NCBI GenBank assembly: GCA_965248355.1
Contig: OZ252098.1
Span: 1,376,001 to 1,440,000 of the forward strand
DNA from: Candidatus Latescibacterota bacterium
GTDB lineage: Bacteria; Latescibacterota; UBA2968; UBA8231
Reading direction: 5' to 3'
DNA length: 64,000 nt
Shown here: positions 49,355-58,996 of the stretch, piece after piece
Layout: every line of letters starts with the position of its first letter
Numbering within the stretch: the stretch's first letter is position 1
Notes under the pieces: model-generated
What the model was told of the DNA's origin: nothing
The model's input: the letters and a program-made list of their open reading frames with translations, nothing else
Database searches by the model: none
Translations under genes and position numbers: made by a program

Positions 49355-50397
49355 TCGCCCCTCCGGCGGCGGGCGCAGGCCGCCAGCTTCGCGCGGAACG
49401 GTTCCGCCTCCAGCACCTCGCCGTTGACCACGTGGCCGGGGGCGCGTCCCTCGGAGACGGCGAGGATGCCGGCGAAGGCGCTCTCCCCCATCATGCGGAA
49501 GCTCTCGTCCGTCCAGGCCAGGGAGTGGGGCGCCAGGATCACGTTGTCGAGCAGGAGCAGGGGATCGCGAGGATCGACGGGTTCCTCCTCGAAGACGTCG
49601 AGGGCGGCGCCGGCGATGGCGCCCTGCCCCAGGGCCGCGGTCAGCGCCGCCTGATCGACGATGGGCCCGCGGGCGACGTTGATCAAGTGGGCCGTCGGCT
49701 TCATCCGGTCCAGCTCCGCGGCGCCGATGAGGTGGCGGGTCTCCGGGGTCAGGGCACAGCAGATGAGGACGAAGTCGGCCTCCCTGAGCAAGTCCGCCAA
49801 CGACACCAGCCGCGCCCCCAGCCCGGCGGCGGCCTGCTCGTCGGCGAAGGGATCGGCGGCCAGCAGGGTCATCTCGAAGGGCGCGCACAGCCGGCAGACC
49901 TCGCGGCCGATGTTGCCCAGCCCCACCACGCCGAGGGTGCGCCCCCGCAGGCCGAGGCCCATGTGGTCGACCCTCTCCGGCCAGCGCCCTTCGCGGGTGA
50001 GCCGGTCCTTGGCCGGCAGCCGGTGGGCCAGGGCCAGGAGGAAGGCCATGGCGGCGCTGGCCACGGGACGCCGTACGCCGTCGGGGGTGATGGTCAGGGC
50101 CACCCCGGCGCGCGTGCAGGCGTCCACGTCCACCGAGTCGTAACCGACCCCGATGCGGGCCACCACCGCCAGCCGGCCGGCGTCCGCCAGGGTTGCCGCC
50201 GAGATCCTCGGGGCCAGGACGAGCAGGGCGTCGCAGTCGGCGACGGCCTCGGCCGGCACCTCGTCGGCGCCCTCCTCGAGGCAGTGCCACTCGACGCCCT
50301 CGGTCCGGTCCAGCGGGGAGAGGTCGATATCGGGAAAGGCCTGGCGGCCGTCGGGCCGCAGGAAGTCCATGGTGAGACCGACGCGAAACATCCTCAT
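49351..50397 (-). CDS. D-2-hydroxyacid dehydrogenase (SerA-like)
   Basis: RIGVGYDSVD, GVVGLGNIG, INVARG, LDVFEEEP, PHS. Confidence 0.92.
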   Translation of the reverse strand: MRMFRVGLTMDFLRPDGRQAFPDIDLSPLDRTEGVEWHCLEEGADEVPAEAVADCDALLVLAPRISAATLADAGRLAVVARIGVGYDSVDVDACTRAGVALTITPDGVRRPVASAAMAFLLALAHRLPAKDRLTREGRWPERVDHMGLGLRGRTLGVVGLGNIGREVCRLCAPFEMTLLAADPFADEQAAAGLGARLVSLADLLREADFVLICCALTPETRHLIGAAELDRMKPTAHLINVARGPIVDQAALTAALGQGAIAGAALDVFEEEPVDPRDPLLLLDNVILAPHSLAWTDESFRMMGESAFAGILAVSEGRAPGHVVNGEVLEAEPFRAKLAACARRRRGE

Positions 50398-51134
50398 CCT
50401 CCTCCGGAACGGATTCGGGCCTCGGCCTCGCCCAGGGCCGCGGCGTTGTCCCAGGCGGCGATCAGATCGGCCCGGGCCCGCTCGGTTTCCCCGCCGAGGC
50501 GCCCTGCTTCGGCGACGAGGGCCGGCAGGGCGCGGACGACGTTGTCCACGATGGTCACCGTGGCGGCGCGGGCCGTGCGCGACAGCGGGTTCAGGTCGAC
50601 GGTCAGGACCTGGCGGCCCATGCGGCGCAGGGCCTCGCAGCGGTCGCCGTCCTCGAGGGGGACGAAGATCACGTCCGCCTCGAGCAGTCCCTCGGGGTGC
50701 ACGTGGCGGCGGTTCGAGTCGAGCCCCTCGAGGGCGGTCCCGGCCTCGGGCAGCAGGACACGCTCGGCGCCGTGGGCCTCCAGGTGGGCGGCGATGGCGC
50801 GCTCCCGCTCGCGGGAGCCGTGGAAGATGTTGACCTCGAGGGGAGCCCCGGTGAGCCGGGAGAGCCGCACCAGCTCCCCGGGGACCAGGGCGGCGGCGTT
50901 GCCGTTCACCGAGAGCACCGGTTGGCCGGCGGCCAGCAGCCAGGCCGCCGCCGCTTCGCAGGCGCGCCGGGCCCAGGGTCCGCTGCGCTCGCCCAAGAGG
51001 TAGTCGCAGGCCTCGCCGCGGCCGTGGGCGATCAGCCCGTGAGGCGAGGTGATGCCCGCCTCGACGCCGGCCACGATCAGGTCCCGCGTGAGCAGGGAGG
51101 CGCGGCGCGGATGGCTCTCGGGGACGTCGGTCAC
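50394..51134 (-). CDS. Archaeal-type 4-phosphopantoate--beta-alanine ligase (phosphopantothenate synthetase)
   Basis: VP.SHPR..SL, GLIAHGRGEA.DYLLGE, SVNGN.AAL, EVNIFH, VPLEDGDR, DLNPLSRT...A..TIVDN..RA. Confidence 0.92.
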   Translation of the reverse strand: MTDVPESHPRRASLLTRDLIVAGVEAGITSPHGLIAHGRGEACDYLLGERSGPWARRACEAAAAWLLAAGQPVLSVNGNAAALVPGELVRLSRLTGAPLEVNIFHGSRERERAIAAHLEAHGAERVLLPEAGTALEGLDSNRRHVHPEGLLEADVIFVPLEDGDRCEALRRMGRQVLTVDLNPLSRTARAATVTIVDNVVRALPALVAEAGRLGGETERARADLIAAWDNAAALGEAEARIRSGGG

Positions 51135-51976
51135 GGCTCGATGAGCCCGACGCGGCGGGTCGACAGGGCGGTCTCGGTGGAGCCCGGGAAGGGGACGTCG
51201 CTGAAGACGGCGTTGCCGAGCATGATCATGGAGGCTTGGCCGCCGCGCCGGGTCACCTCGTCGACGGCGGCGCGCACCCCTTCGTGGGCCATGAGGCCGC
51301 TGCCGGACGCGAAGGCCCGGGACTCGCGGATGACGCTGCCCAGGTCCAGGGACGGCGCCTCGCGGAGACCCCCCAAGGCGGCCAGGGCCGAGTCGGCGGC
51401 GGCGTTGATCCGCCGGCGGCGCTCCGGGTCGGAGAGGATGTCCCGCGTGCGGATGGGGCCGAAGTGCCGGTAGTGGATGGAGGCCCCGGGGGCCAGGGGC
51501 ATGCGCTGGGCCGCGAGGGGGTCTCCGGCGACGAGCTTCACCAGGCAGCCGCCGTGGTACTGGGCGCAGACATCCCCCAGGCCGGTGAGGTTCTCCACCT
51601 CGGCCACGTGGGCGGCGGTGGCCAGGGCGCGCTCGGACAGCCCCAGGTCGAGCAGGGCGTTGGCCGCGTAGGCCGCGGCCAGCGAAGAAGCTCCGCTGAG
51701 GCCGAAGCCGCTGCTCAGGGGCAGGGGCGTCTCGACGTCGACGGCCAGCCGCTGCCCGGGCGCGACCCGCTCCAGCACGGCCGCCACCGTGGGGAACTCG
51801 ATCTCCTCGCCGTTGAAGGTGATGCCGCCGCCCCCGCGGCGGACCGAGACGGTGGCCCCCTCGCGCACGGTGAAGCCGAGGCCGAGGGAGTGCATCCGCG
51901 CCGGGTCCTCGTGGGGGATCACCTTGAAGACGCCGGAGATGTTTCCCGGCGCGAAGGCGGCCGCCGCCTCAGCCAT
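51131..51976 (-). CDS. Archaeal-type pantoate kinase (GHMP family)
   Basis: AFAPG.ISG.F, S.G.GF, P.SSGFG.SGA..L, AHVAEV...TGLGDV, SM.MLG..VF; adjacent to the PPS gene. Confidence 0.9.
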   Translation of the reverse strand: MAEAAAAFAPGNISGVFKVIPHEDPARMHSLGLGFTVREGATVSVRRGGGGITFNGEEIEFPTVAAVLERVAPGQRLAVDVETPLPLSSGFGLSGASSLAAAYAANALLDLGLSERALATAAHVAEVENLTGLGDVCAQYHGGCLVKLVAGDPLAAQRMPLAPGASIHYRHFGPIRTRDILSDPERRRRINAAADSALAALGGLREAPSLDLGSVIRESRAFASGSGLMAHEGVRAAVDEVTRRGGQASMIMLGNAVFSDVPFPGSTETALSTRRVGLIEP

Positions 51977-52658
51977 GGACGGCCTCCGGCGCCAGCCGCT
52001 GCGCCTGCAGCCAGCCCGGCAACCGGGCGACTCCGTCGAGCAGGGCCAGGGGCGCGTAGGGGGCGAAGGCCGGAGCCCCGGTGGTGCCGCTGAGGACGGC
52101 CACGAAGCGGATCGCCCCCCGCCGCGCCGCCTCGGCGTCGGGAAGGCTGTCCCCCACGTAGAGGGACTCGGCGGCGTCGACCTGGAGACGGTCCAGGGCC
52201 AGGTGCAGGCAGCCGGGATCCGGCTTGTGCTCGGAGACGTCCTCGGCCCCGATCACGGCCCCCACGAGGTGACGCAACCCCTCCCGGTCGAGGATCCCCT
52301 CGATGCGGTAACGGTACTTGGTGGAGGCGATGGCGCAGGCCAGGCCCCGGGAGCGCAGTTCCTCCAGCACGCCGGGGACGGCGTCGTAGACCACGGTGCC
52401 CGCGGCCATGACCTGGTCGGCGCGCTCGAGGAAGAGCCTTCCGAACTCGACGCTGCGCCCCCGCTCCGCCTCGCCGTTGAGTGCGGCCAGGATGTTGGGT
52501 ACGGAAAGGCCGATGGTGCGCCGGATCTCCTCCTCCCCGGACAGGTCGAGGCCCATGCGCCGCTGGGCATAACGCACGCAGTCGATGACGCCCACGGAGG
52601 AGTCCGCCAGGGTGTAGTCGAAGTCGAAGAGGACCGCCTTGAGCGGCGTCAGGCCCAT
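51969..52658 (-). CDS. HAD-family phosphatase (phosphoglycolate phosphatase-like)
   Basis: FDFDYTLADS, STK, KPDP, YVGDS..D. Confidence 0.88.
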   Translation of the reverse strand: MGLTPLKAVLFDFDYTLADSSVGVIDCVRYAQRRMGLDLSGEEEIRRTIGLSVPNILAALNGEAERGRSVEFGRLFLERADQVMAAGTVVYDAVPGVLEELRSRGLACAIASTKYRYRIEGILDREGLRHLVGAVIGAEDVSEHKPDPGCLHLALDRLQVDAAESLYVGDSLPDAEAARRGAIRFVAVLSGTTGAPAFAPYAPLALLDGVARLPGWLQAQRLAPEAVHG

Positions 52659-52663
52659 GCCGG

Positions 52664-53476
52664 TCACGCTTCGGCCGGCGAGGCCGTGGCCCCCGCCTGG
52701 GCGCCGGCGTTCACCCCCAGCCCGCGGCGGTAGGCCTCCAGGGGCAGCAGATCCTCGGGGCCCACGTTGCCGATGTTGGCCTGGGGGCCGAAGCGGTCGA
52801 TCAGGTCCCGGCGCATGCTGTGCACGTGATGCTCGCTCACCCCGGCGATCCACGGGCCGGGCAGCTCGAACATCACCTTCTCCAGGCCAACGGAGTCGAC
52901 GATCCCGTCGATGTCGGCCGCCGTCCCCGCGTCGCCGCGGATCAGCTCCGCCGCCTCCACCAGAAGCAGGCTGGCTCCCGCCTCCATGCACGCCCTGGCG
53001 TCGTCGGCCAGGGGTACGGCGTTGGCCAAGCCTTCCTTCTTGCCCACCTCCCCGAGGACCTTCAGCCCGAACTCCTCTACCGCCCGGACGATGACCCGCT
53101 CCTTCCACCGCAGCGTCACCGGGGCCAGGTTGTCCGAGACCTCCACCCAGCGGTAGCCGGCCTCGACACAGGCCGGGAGGTAGCGTTCCAGGAGGCCGTG
53201 GACCTCGGCGTACTCCAGGAACTGCCCCCCGGGGAAGGGCTCCACGTGCCACGACAGGTAGCGGTCGATCTTCTCCGTCAGCAGCTTCGCCGGGTGCAGC
53301 CGCGAGAGCCCCACGGCGATCTTGGCGAAGTCGAAGCAGTCGGCCCCGACCGCGATCAGGTCCCGCTGCCGGTGCGGCCCGAGGCCCCAGTCGATGACCA
53401 TTGTCAGCCCCGAGGCGCGCGGCTTGGCGGTGCGCTCCGGGGCCAGATGTCCGTCGAGTCCGTCGAAGGGATGCAC
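52664..53476 (-). CDS. comA: Phosphosulfolactate synthase
   Basis: KPR..GLTMVID.GL, D.AK, PGG..LE, VEVSD, EVGKK, FE.P, N.GNV...D...LE..R.GL. Confidence 0.85.
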   Translation of the reverse strand: MHPFDGLDGHLAPERTAKPRASGLTMVIDWGLGPHRQRDLIAVGADCFDFAKIAVGLSRLHPAKLLTEKIDRYLSWHVEPFPGGQFLEYAEVHGLLERYLPACVEAGYRWVEVSDNLAPVTLRWKERVIVRAVEEFGLKVLGEVGKKEGLANAVPLADDARACMEAGASLLLVEAAELIRGDAGTAADIDGIVDSVGLEKVMFELPGPWIAGVSEHHVHSMRRDLIDRFGPQANIGNVGPEDLLPLEAYRRGLGVNAGAQAGATASPAEA

Positions 53477-53640
53477 TTCGCGGTCCTTCGTGGTGGGTTT
53501 GGAAGCGCGCTAACCTACGAAAAGGCCCCCTACTCCGTCACGGCACTTGCCGCGTTCCCCCGAGGCCCGCGATGTTTCTGACCGCCGCGGGCGACCGAGA
53601 GCCCGCCGGCCGGTTCCGGTCCGAGTAGGAATGACCATCC

Positions 53641-56600
53641 ATGGAAACAGGCTCTACTCTCCCATGTCTCTCGCTGGACCTCGAGGTCGGAAAGCAGGAC
53701 CGTCGCATCCATGCGTTCGCCGCGATCCGATCGGATACCGACGACCGCCTCGTCTTCAACGGCGGTAACCTCGCCGCAGAACTGGCAAGACTGGACGATC
53801 TCGCGCACGGTGCCGACTTCCTGCTGGGCCACAACCTGGTCCTCTTCGACCTGCCGCATCTGAAAGCCGCGAAACCCAACCTCCGGCTGTTGCGGTTGCC
53901 GGCGGTGGATACGCTGTGGCTCAATCCCCTCGCCTTTCCGCGTAACCCCTATCACGGTTTGGTCAAGCATTACCAGGACGGACAACTCAAGCGAGGGCGG
54001 CTGAACGATCCCGAACTCGATGCCCGGCTCGCGCTCGACGTCTTTCGTGACCAATGGCGCGCTCTCGGCTCCGCTTCACCGGATCTCTTGCTCGCGTGGC
54101 ATTGGTTGACAACGGCGGGCGATATCGGGGACGGCTTCGACAGATTCTTCTCCTCGCTGCGTGAGTCTCCCCGGCCCTCGGACGCGGAAGCCCGCGCGGC
54201 GATAGAGGGACGGTTGGCGGACAGCGCCTGCCGGACCCACGGGCGCGAGGCCACGACAGATCCGGCCCTCTTTGGCTGGGCGCTGGCCTACGCCCTCGCC
54301 TGGCTTTCGGTGGCCGGTGGCAACTCTGTCATGCCGCCGTGGGTACGCCACCAATTCCCCGAGGCGGGACGACTGGTTAGCCGGCTGCGGGATACAGCTT
54401 GTGGAGACTCCGCCTGCGTGTGGTGCCGGGAGCGGCATGACGCCCGCAGGGAACTCTCCCGCTGGTTCGGCTTCAACGGCTTCCGTCCCGAACCTTCGAG
54501 CGCGGACGGAAGCCCGATGCAGCAGTCCATCGTTGAAGCGGCGATGGCCGGGGAGCACGTCCTCGGGATCCTTCCCACCGGCACCGGAAAGTCGCTCTGC
54601 TACCAGATCCCGGCTCTTTCGCGTTACGACAAGACCGGCGCCCTTACAGTGGTGATCTCACCCCTGGTCGCGCTCATGGCGGACCAGGTGGCGGGACTGG
54701 AAGCACACGGCATCGGGTCGTGTGTCGCCATTAACGGCCTTCTGTCCATGCCCGAGCGGGCCGATGCGCTGGACCGGGTGCGGCTCGGAGACGCCGGACT
54801 GGTGCTCGTCTCGCCCGAGCAGCTGCGCAGCCAGTCCTTCCGCCGCGTGCTGAACCAGCGCGAGATCGGCGCCTGGGTCATGGACGAAGCCCACTGCCTG
54901 TCGCGATGGGGGCACGACTTCCGACCCGACTACCGCTACGTGGGGCGCTTCATACGCGAGAAGGCGGGATCGGGGCCTGTCCCGCCGGTGTTGTGCCTCA
55001 CCGCGACCGCGAAGCCCGATGTCGTCGAGGACATCGCCCGGTACTTCCGAGACTCCATCGGAGCGGAGCTCACAGTCTTCGACGGCGGAGCCCAGCGCAC
55101 GAACCTCGAGTTCGTGGTGGTTCCGACCACCGGTGGCGAAAAGTTTTCTCACATCCACCAGATCCTGATGGCTGACCTGCCCCAGGACACGCCCGGCGGT
55201 GCCATCGTCTACTGTGCGACCCGGCGTCAGACCGAAGAGGTGGCGGAGTTTCTGCAGATGAAGGAGATCGCGGCGGACCACTTCCACGCGGGTCTGCCGC
55301 CCGAGACCAAGAAGAGCGTCCAGCTACGCTTCATCGCGGGCGAGCTCCGGGTGATCGCCGCCACCAATGCCTTCGGCATGGGCATCGACAAGCCGGACGT
55401 GCGGCTGGTGATCCACGCCGACATCCCGGGCTCGCTCGAGAACTACCTGCAGGAGGCGGGGCGCGCCGGGCGGGACCGGGAGACCGCGCGCTGTGTGCTG
55501 TTGTACTCGACGGACGACGTCGAGCGCCAGTTCGGGATGTCCGCCCGGTCGCGCCTCACGCGCCGGGAAATCCACGGCATCCTGCGGGCGCTCCGGAACC
55601 TCGACCGGAAGAAGCGTCTGAAGGGCGAGGTGGTTGCCACCGCGGGCGAGATCCTCCTGGAGGAGGACGAGAAGGTATTCGAGCGGGACTCAGCCACCGA
55701 CGATACCCGGGTGCGGACCGCCATCGCCTGGTTGGAGGAGGCGGTGCTGCTCACCCGTGAGGAGAACGAGGTGCGGGTGTTTCCCTCGTCCCTTCGGGTG
55801 AGTTCGGTGGAAGAAGCCCGAGCCAAGATCGAGAGCTCGCCCATTGCGGACGCCTACCGCCACCAGTTCCAGCTCATCGCTGAGAAGCTGATCGACGCCG
55901 ACCCGGACGAAGGCATCTCCACCGATGAGCTGATGGGCGTGTCTGGCTTGAGCCCCGAAGGTGTACGCGCCGCCCTCTACGACCTGGAGCGCCTCGGCAT
56001 CGCGAGGAACGAAACGGCGCTCACCGCCTTCGTCCATACCGGGGTGGAGAGAAGCTCGCTGAAGCGTCTTGACGAGGCGGAGAGTCTTGAGAAGGCATTG
56101 ATCGAGCACCTCCGTCTTGCTGCGCCGGACATGGGTAAGGGTGAGTCCTGGGCTCTGCATTTACGAGTCGCGTCGCAGGTTCTGCGAGATGCTGGGGTTG
56201 TCGATCCTCTTCCCGAGCGGCTATGGCGCATTCTTCGCAGCATTGCCGCTGACGGCCGCGGCGAGGGGGGCGGCTCTGGGAGCCTCGGGATCCGGAAGCG
56301 CGATGCGGAGACCGTGCAGGTAACACTGCAACGCGACTGGCAAGCCCTGGAGGAGACCGCATCGCGGCGCCGTGCGGGGTCGAGACGCCTGCTGGAACAC
56401 CTGCTCGCCGGCCTGTCGCCTGGGAGCCGGGGCACGGATCTCCTGGCCGAGACCACCCTGGGAGAGCTCATGGGCGCGCTAATGTCCGACTTGCTCCTCA
56501 AGAGCAGGCTCAAGAGTCCTGAGAAACTGCTGGACCGAGCTCTCCTGTGGCTGCACGAGCAGGAGGTCATCCGCCTCCACAAGGGTCTCGCGGTCTTTCG

Positions 56601-58845
56601 CCCCGCCATGACCATCCGGCTCACGGACGAGAAGCCGGGGCGGGGATTCGCCACGGCCGACTTCGAGCCGCTCAGACTGCACTACGAGGGGCAGGTTCGG
56701 CAAATCCACGTCATGGTGGAATTCGCGCGGCGGGGTCTGGAGGCCATGGCGGAGGCGCTTCGTCTGGCCATGGAATACTTCGGCATGAACGAGGAGGAAT
56801 TCCTGCACCGCTGGCTTCCGGAACGGAGTCGAGAGATCGCCCGCGAGACCACCCCGGAATCGTGGCGGACCATCGTCGAGAGCCTCAAGAACCCCGTCCA
56901 ACAGCGGATCGTTGCGGATGATCGAGAGCAGACGAACGTGCTGGTTCTCGCCGGTCCTGGTTCAGGAAAAACGCGGGTGCTGGTGCATCGCATCGCCTAC
57001 CTGGTGCGGGCCAGACGCGAGAATCCCCGCGGCATCCTGGCCCTTGCCTACAACCGGCACGCGGCGGTGGAAATTCGGCGGCGCATCTTGGGATTGATCG
57101 GTGATGAAGCCCGGGGGGTGACCGTGCTCACGTGCCATGCGCTGGCCATGCGACTGGTGGGAGCCAGCTTCCAAGAGCGAGAACGGCGGCGGCTCGACGA
57201 CGATGCATTCCGGGAGGTGTTGCGCCAGGCAGTAGCACTGCTGCGCGGCGAGGGGCTGGAACCGGAGGAAGCGGACGAACAGCGAGAACGACTTCTTGCG
57301 GGCTTCCGCTGGATCCTTGTGGACGAATACCAGGACATCGCTGCGGATCAGTACGAGTTGATATCGGCCCTGGCCGGACGGACTCAGAGAGATGAGGATC
57401 GCAAGCTCACCCTCTTTGCAGTAGGGGACGACGACCAGAACATCTACGCCTTCAATGGCGCGTCGGTCGAGTTCATCCGCCGCTTCGAAGCGGACTACGG
57501 TCCGAAGCCCACCTACTTGACCGACAACTACCGCTCCACCGGCCACATCATCGCTGCGGCCAATGCATTGATCGAGCCGGCGCGCGAACGGATGAAGACC
57601 GGATATCCCATCTGCATAGATCGGCCTCGTGCGAAGAACCCACCGGGCGGCGACTGGCGGGAACTGGACTCGGTCGCTCAAGGCCGTGTGCAGGTTCTAC
57701 CAGCGCTACACGATCCGATCATACAAGCGCAGGTTGCGATCACGGAGTTGCAACGCCTCGCTACCCTAGCTCCCGACTGGGACTGGTCCAGGTGCGGGGT
57801 CGTCGCGCGGGAATGGAAGTACCTCGATCCGGTACGTGCATTCTGCGAAGTAAATGGTCTTCCGGTCCAGATGGGAAACGAAGACATCCCGAGCTTCTGG
57901 CTCCTGCGAGACACCCGGACGATGGTCGAATGGCTGCGTGGACGGGATACCTCCTTGGTGAACAGCCCCGACCTCCGTGATTGGGTGAATGCACGTCCTT
58001 CAGGACCCTGGGTCGAGCTTCTTCAGGAGGCTCTGGATGAACATGAGCTTGAAACCGGAGCAGGTGCGGAAGTGAGGGTGGACCCCTTCATCGAGTGGCT
58101 GGCCGAGTGGGGCCGGGAACTTCGTCGCCGCCAGCGCGGGCTCCTGCTGTTGACCGCACATCGCGCCAAGGGATTGGAGTTCGACCACGCGGCCGTGCTT
58201 GACGGAGGCTGGAACAAGATCGACGTCGACAAGGGGGAGGACGAGGACGCGCCAAGACGGCTCTACTACGTGGCCATGACCCGCGCCCGGAAGACCCTTG
58301 CTCTGATTCGATTTCCCGGGCCGCATCGGCTGCTTGATGAATTGCAGGGCAATCCCTCGGTGCTGCAACGAGACGCCGGGTGGCCTGACTTCGCGAGGGA
58401 ACCTGAGGCCCCGGCGTATTCGGGGCGATCACGCCCGCACCACGCCCCTGGCGGCTTGCTGCCGGAAACCCTGGAACTCGCGCGTCAATATCGACGGCCG
58501 GGCCTGCGCAGGGTCGATCTGGGATTCGCGGGGCGTCTTCGGCCCAACCATCCGGTGCATCGTGCGATCTCCGCCCTGTCGTCCGGCGATAAGCTGGAGA
58601 CACGCGTGACCGAGGCGGGACGTTGGGAATTGCTCGACCTCTCAGGAAGGGTGGTGGGGCGCCTTGCCCGTGACTTCAAACCCCCACCGGGAACGCAGTG
58701 CAGGTCCGCAACAGTTCTGGCCATCATGTCCTGGAGCCGTGACCTGTCGGACTCAAAATACCACGACAGCATACCGTGCGATTCCTGGGAGGTCGTGGTG
58801 CCGGAGTTGGTGTTCGAACCAGTGGCGAGCAACCCGGAAGGTTGA
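53641..58845 (+). CDS. RecQ-family helicase fused to a UvrD-like helicase (1734 aa)
   Basis: RecQ: LPTGTGKS, DEAH..S.WGHDFRPDY, ATNAFGMGIDK, QEAGRAGRD. UvrD: AGPGSGKT, DEYQD, VGDDDQ, NYRST, H.AKGLEF, YVAMTRA. Confidence 0.92.
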   Translation: METGSTLPCLSLDLEVGKQDRRIHAFAAIRSDTDDRLVFNGGNLAAELARLDDLAHGADFLLGHNLVLFDLPHLKAAKPNLRLLRLPAVDTLWLNPLAFPRNPYHGLVKHYQDGQLKRGRLNDPELDARLALDVFRDQWRALGSASPDLLLAWHWLTTAGDIGDGFDRFFSSLRESPRPSDAEARAAIEGRLADSACRTHGREATTDPALFGWALAYALAWLSVAGGNSVMPPWVRHQFPEAGRLVSRLRDTACGDSACVWCRERHDARRELSRWFGFNGFRPEPSSADGSPMQQSIVEAAMAGEHVLGILPTGTGKSLCYQIPALSRYDKTGALTVVISPLVALMADQVAGLEAHGIGSCVAINGLLSMPERADALDRVRLGDAGLVLVSPEQLRSQSFRRVLNQREIGAWVMDEAHCLSRWGHDFRPDYRYVGRFIREKAGSGPVPPVLCLTATAKPDVVEDIARYFRDSIGAELTVFDGGAQRTNLEFVVVPTTGGEKFSHIHQILMADLPQDTPGGAIVYCATRRQTEEVAEFLQMKEIAADHFHAGLPPETKKSVQLRFIAGELRVIAATNAFGMGIDKPDVRLVIHADIPGSLENYLQEAGRAGRDRETARCVLLYSTDDVERQFGMSARSRLTRREIHGILRALRNLDRKKRLKGEVVATAGEILLEEDEKVFERDSATDDTRVRTAIAWLEEAVLLTREENEVRVFPSSLRVSSVEEARAKIESSPIADAYRHQFQLIAEKLIDADPDEGISTDELMGVSGLSPEGVRAALYDLERLGIARNETALTAFVHTGVERSSLKRLDEAESLEKALIEHLRLAAPDMGKGESWALHLRVASQVLRDAGVVDPLPERLWRILRSIAADGRGEGGGSGSLGIRKRDAETVQVTLQRDWQALEETASRRRAGSRRLLEHLLAGLSPGSRGTDLLAETTLGELMGALMSDLLLKSRLKSPEKLLDRALLWLHEQEVIRLHKGLAVFRPAMTIRLTDEKPGRGFATADFEPLRLHYEGQVRQIHVMVEFARRGLEAMAEALRLAMEYFGMNEEEFLHRWLPERSREIARETTPESWRTIVESLKNPVQQRIVADDREQTNVLVLAGPGSGKTRVLVHRIAYLVRARRENPRGILALAYNRHAAVEIRRRILGLIGDEARGVTVLTCHALAMRLVGASFQERERRRLDDDAFREVLRQAVALLRGEGLEPEEADEQRERLLAGFRWILVDEYQDIAADQYELISALAGRTQRDEDRKLTLFAVGDDDQNIYAFNGASVEFIRRFEADYGPKPTYLTDNYRSTGHIIAAANALIEPARERMKTGYPICIDRPRAKNPPGGDWRELDSVAQGRVQVLPALHDPIIQAQVAITELQRLATLAPDWDWSRCGVVAREWKYLDPVRAFCEVNGLPVQMGNEDIPSFWLLRDTRTMVEWLRGRDTSLVNSPDLRDWVNARPSGPWVELLQEALDEHELETGAGAEVRVDPFIEWLAEWGRELRRRQRGLLLLTAHRAKGLEFDHAAVLDGGWNKIDVDKGEDEDAPRRLYYVAMTRARKTLALIRFPGPHRLLDELQGNPSVLQRDAGWPDFAREPEAPAYSGRSRPHHAPGGLLPETLELARQYRRPGLRRVDLGFAGRLRPNHPVHRAISALSSGDKLETRVTEAGRWELLDLSGRVVGRLARDFKPPPGTQCRSATVLAIMSWSRDLSDSKYHDSIPCDSWEVVVPELVFEPVASNPEG

Positions 58846-58996
58846 GCAACGTCTTGCGGAACAGCTGCGGTGCCCCGGTGCCTGCGCTCGGATTCGCTCA
58901 AGCGGCGGCTGCCTCGGGGCGATTTTCCATCCGCCGCCCGCAAAGCTACCTTCCCGGCAGGCGTCTCGACCCGGCGCCGATCCCGAGGAGGCCGCC

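Noticed and set aside
47610..53476. Complete coenzyme M biosynthesis cluster
   Set aside because: Only comA is recognisable; no comB/C/D/E or xcbC/D-type lyases are in the window.
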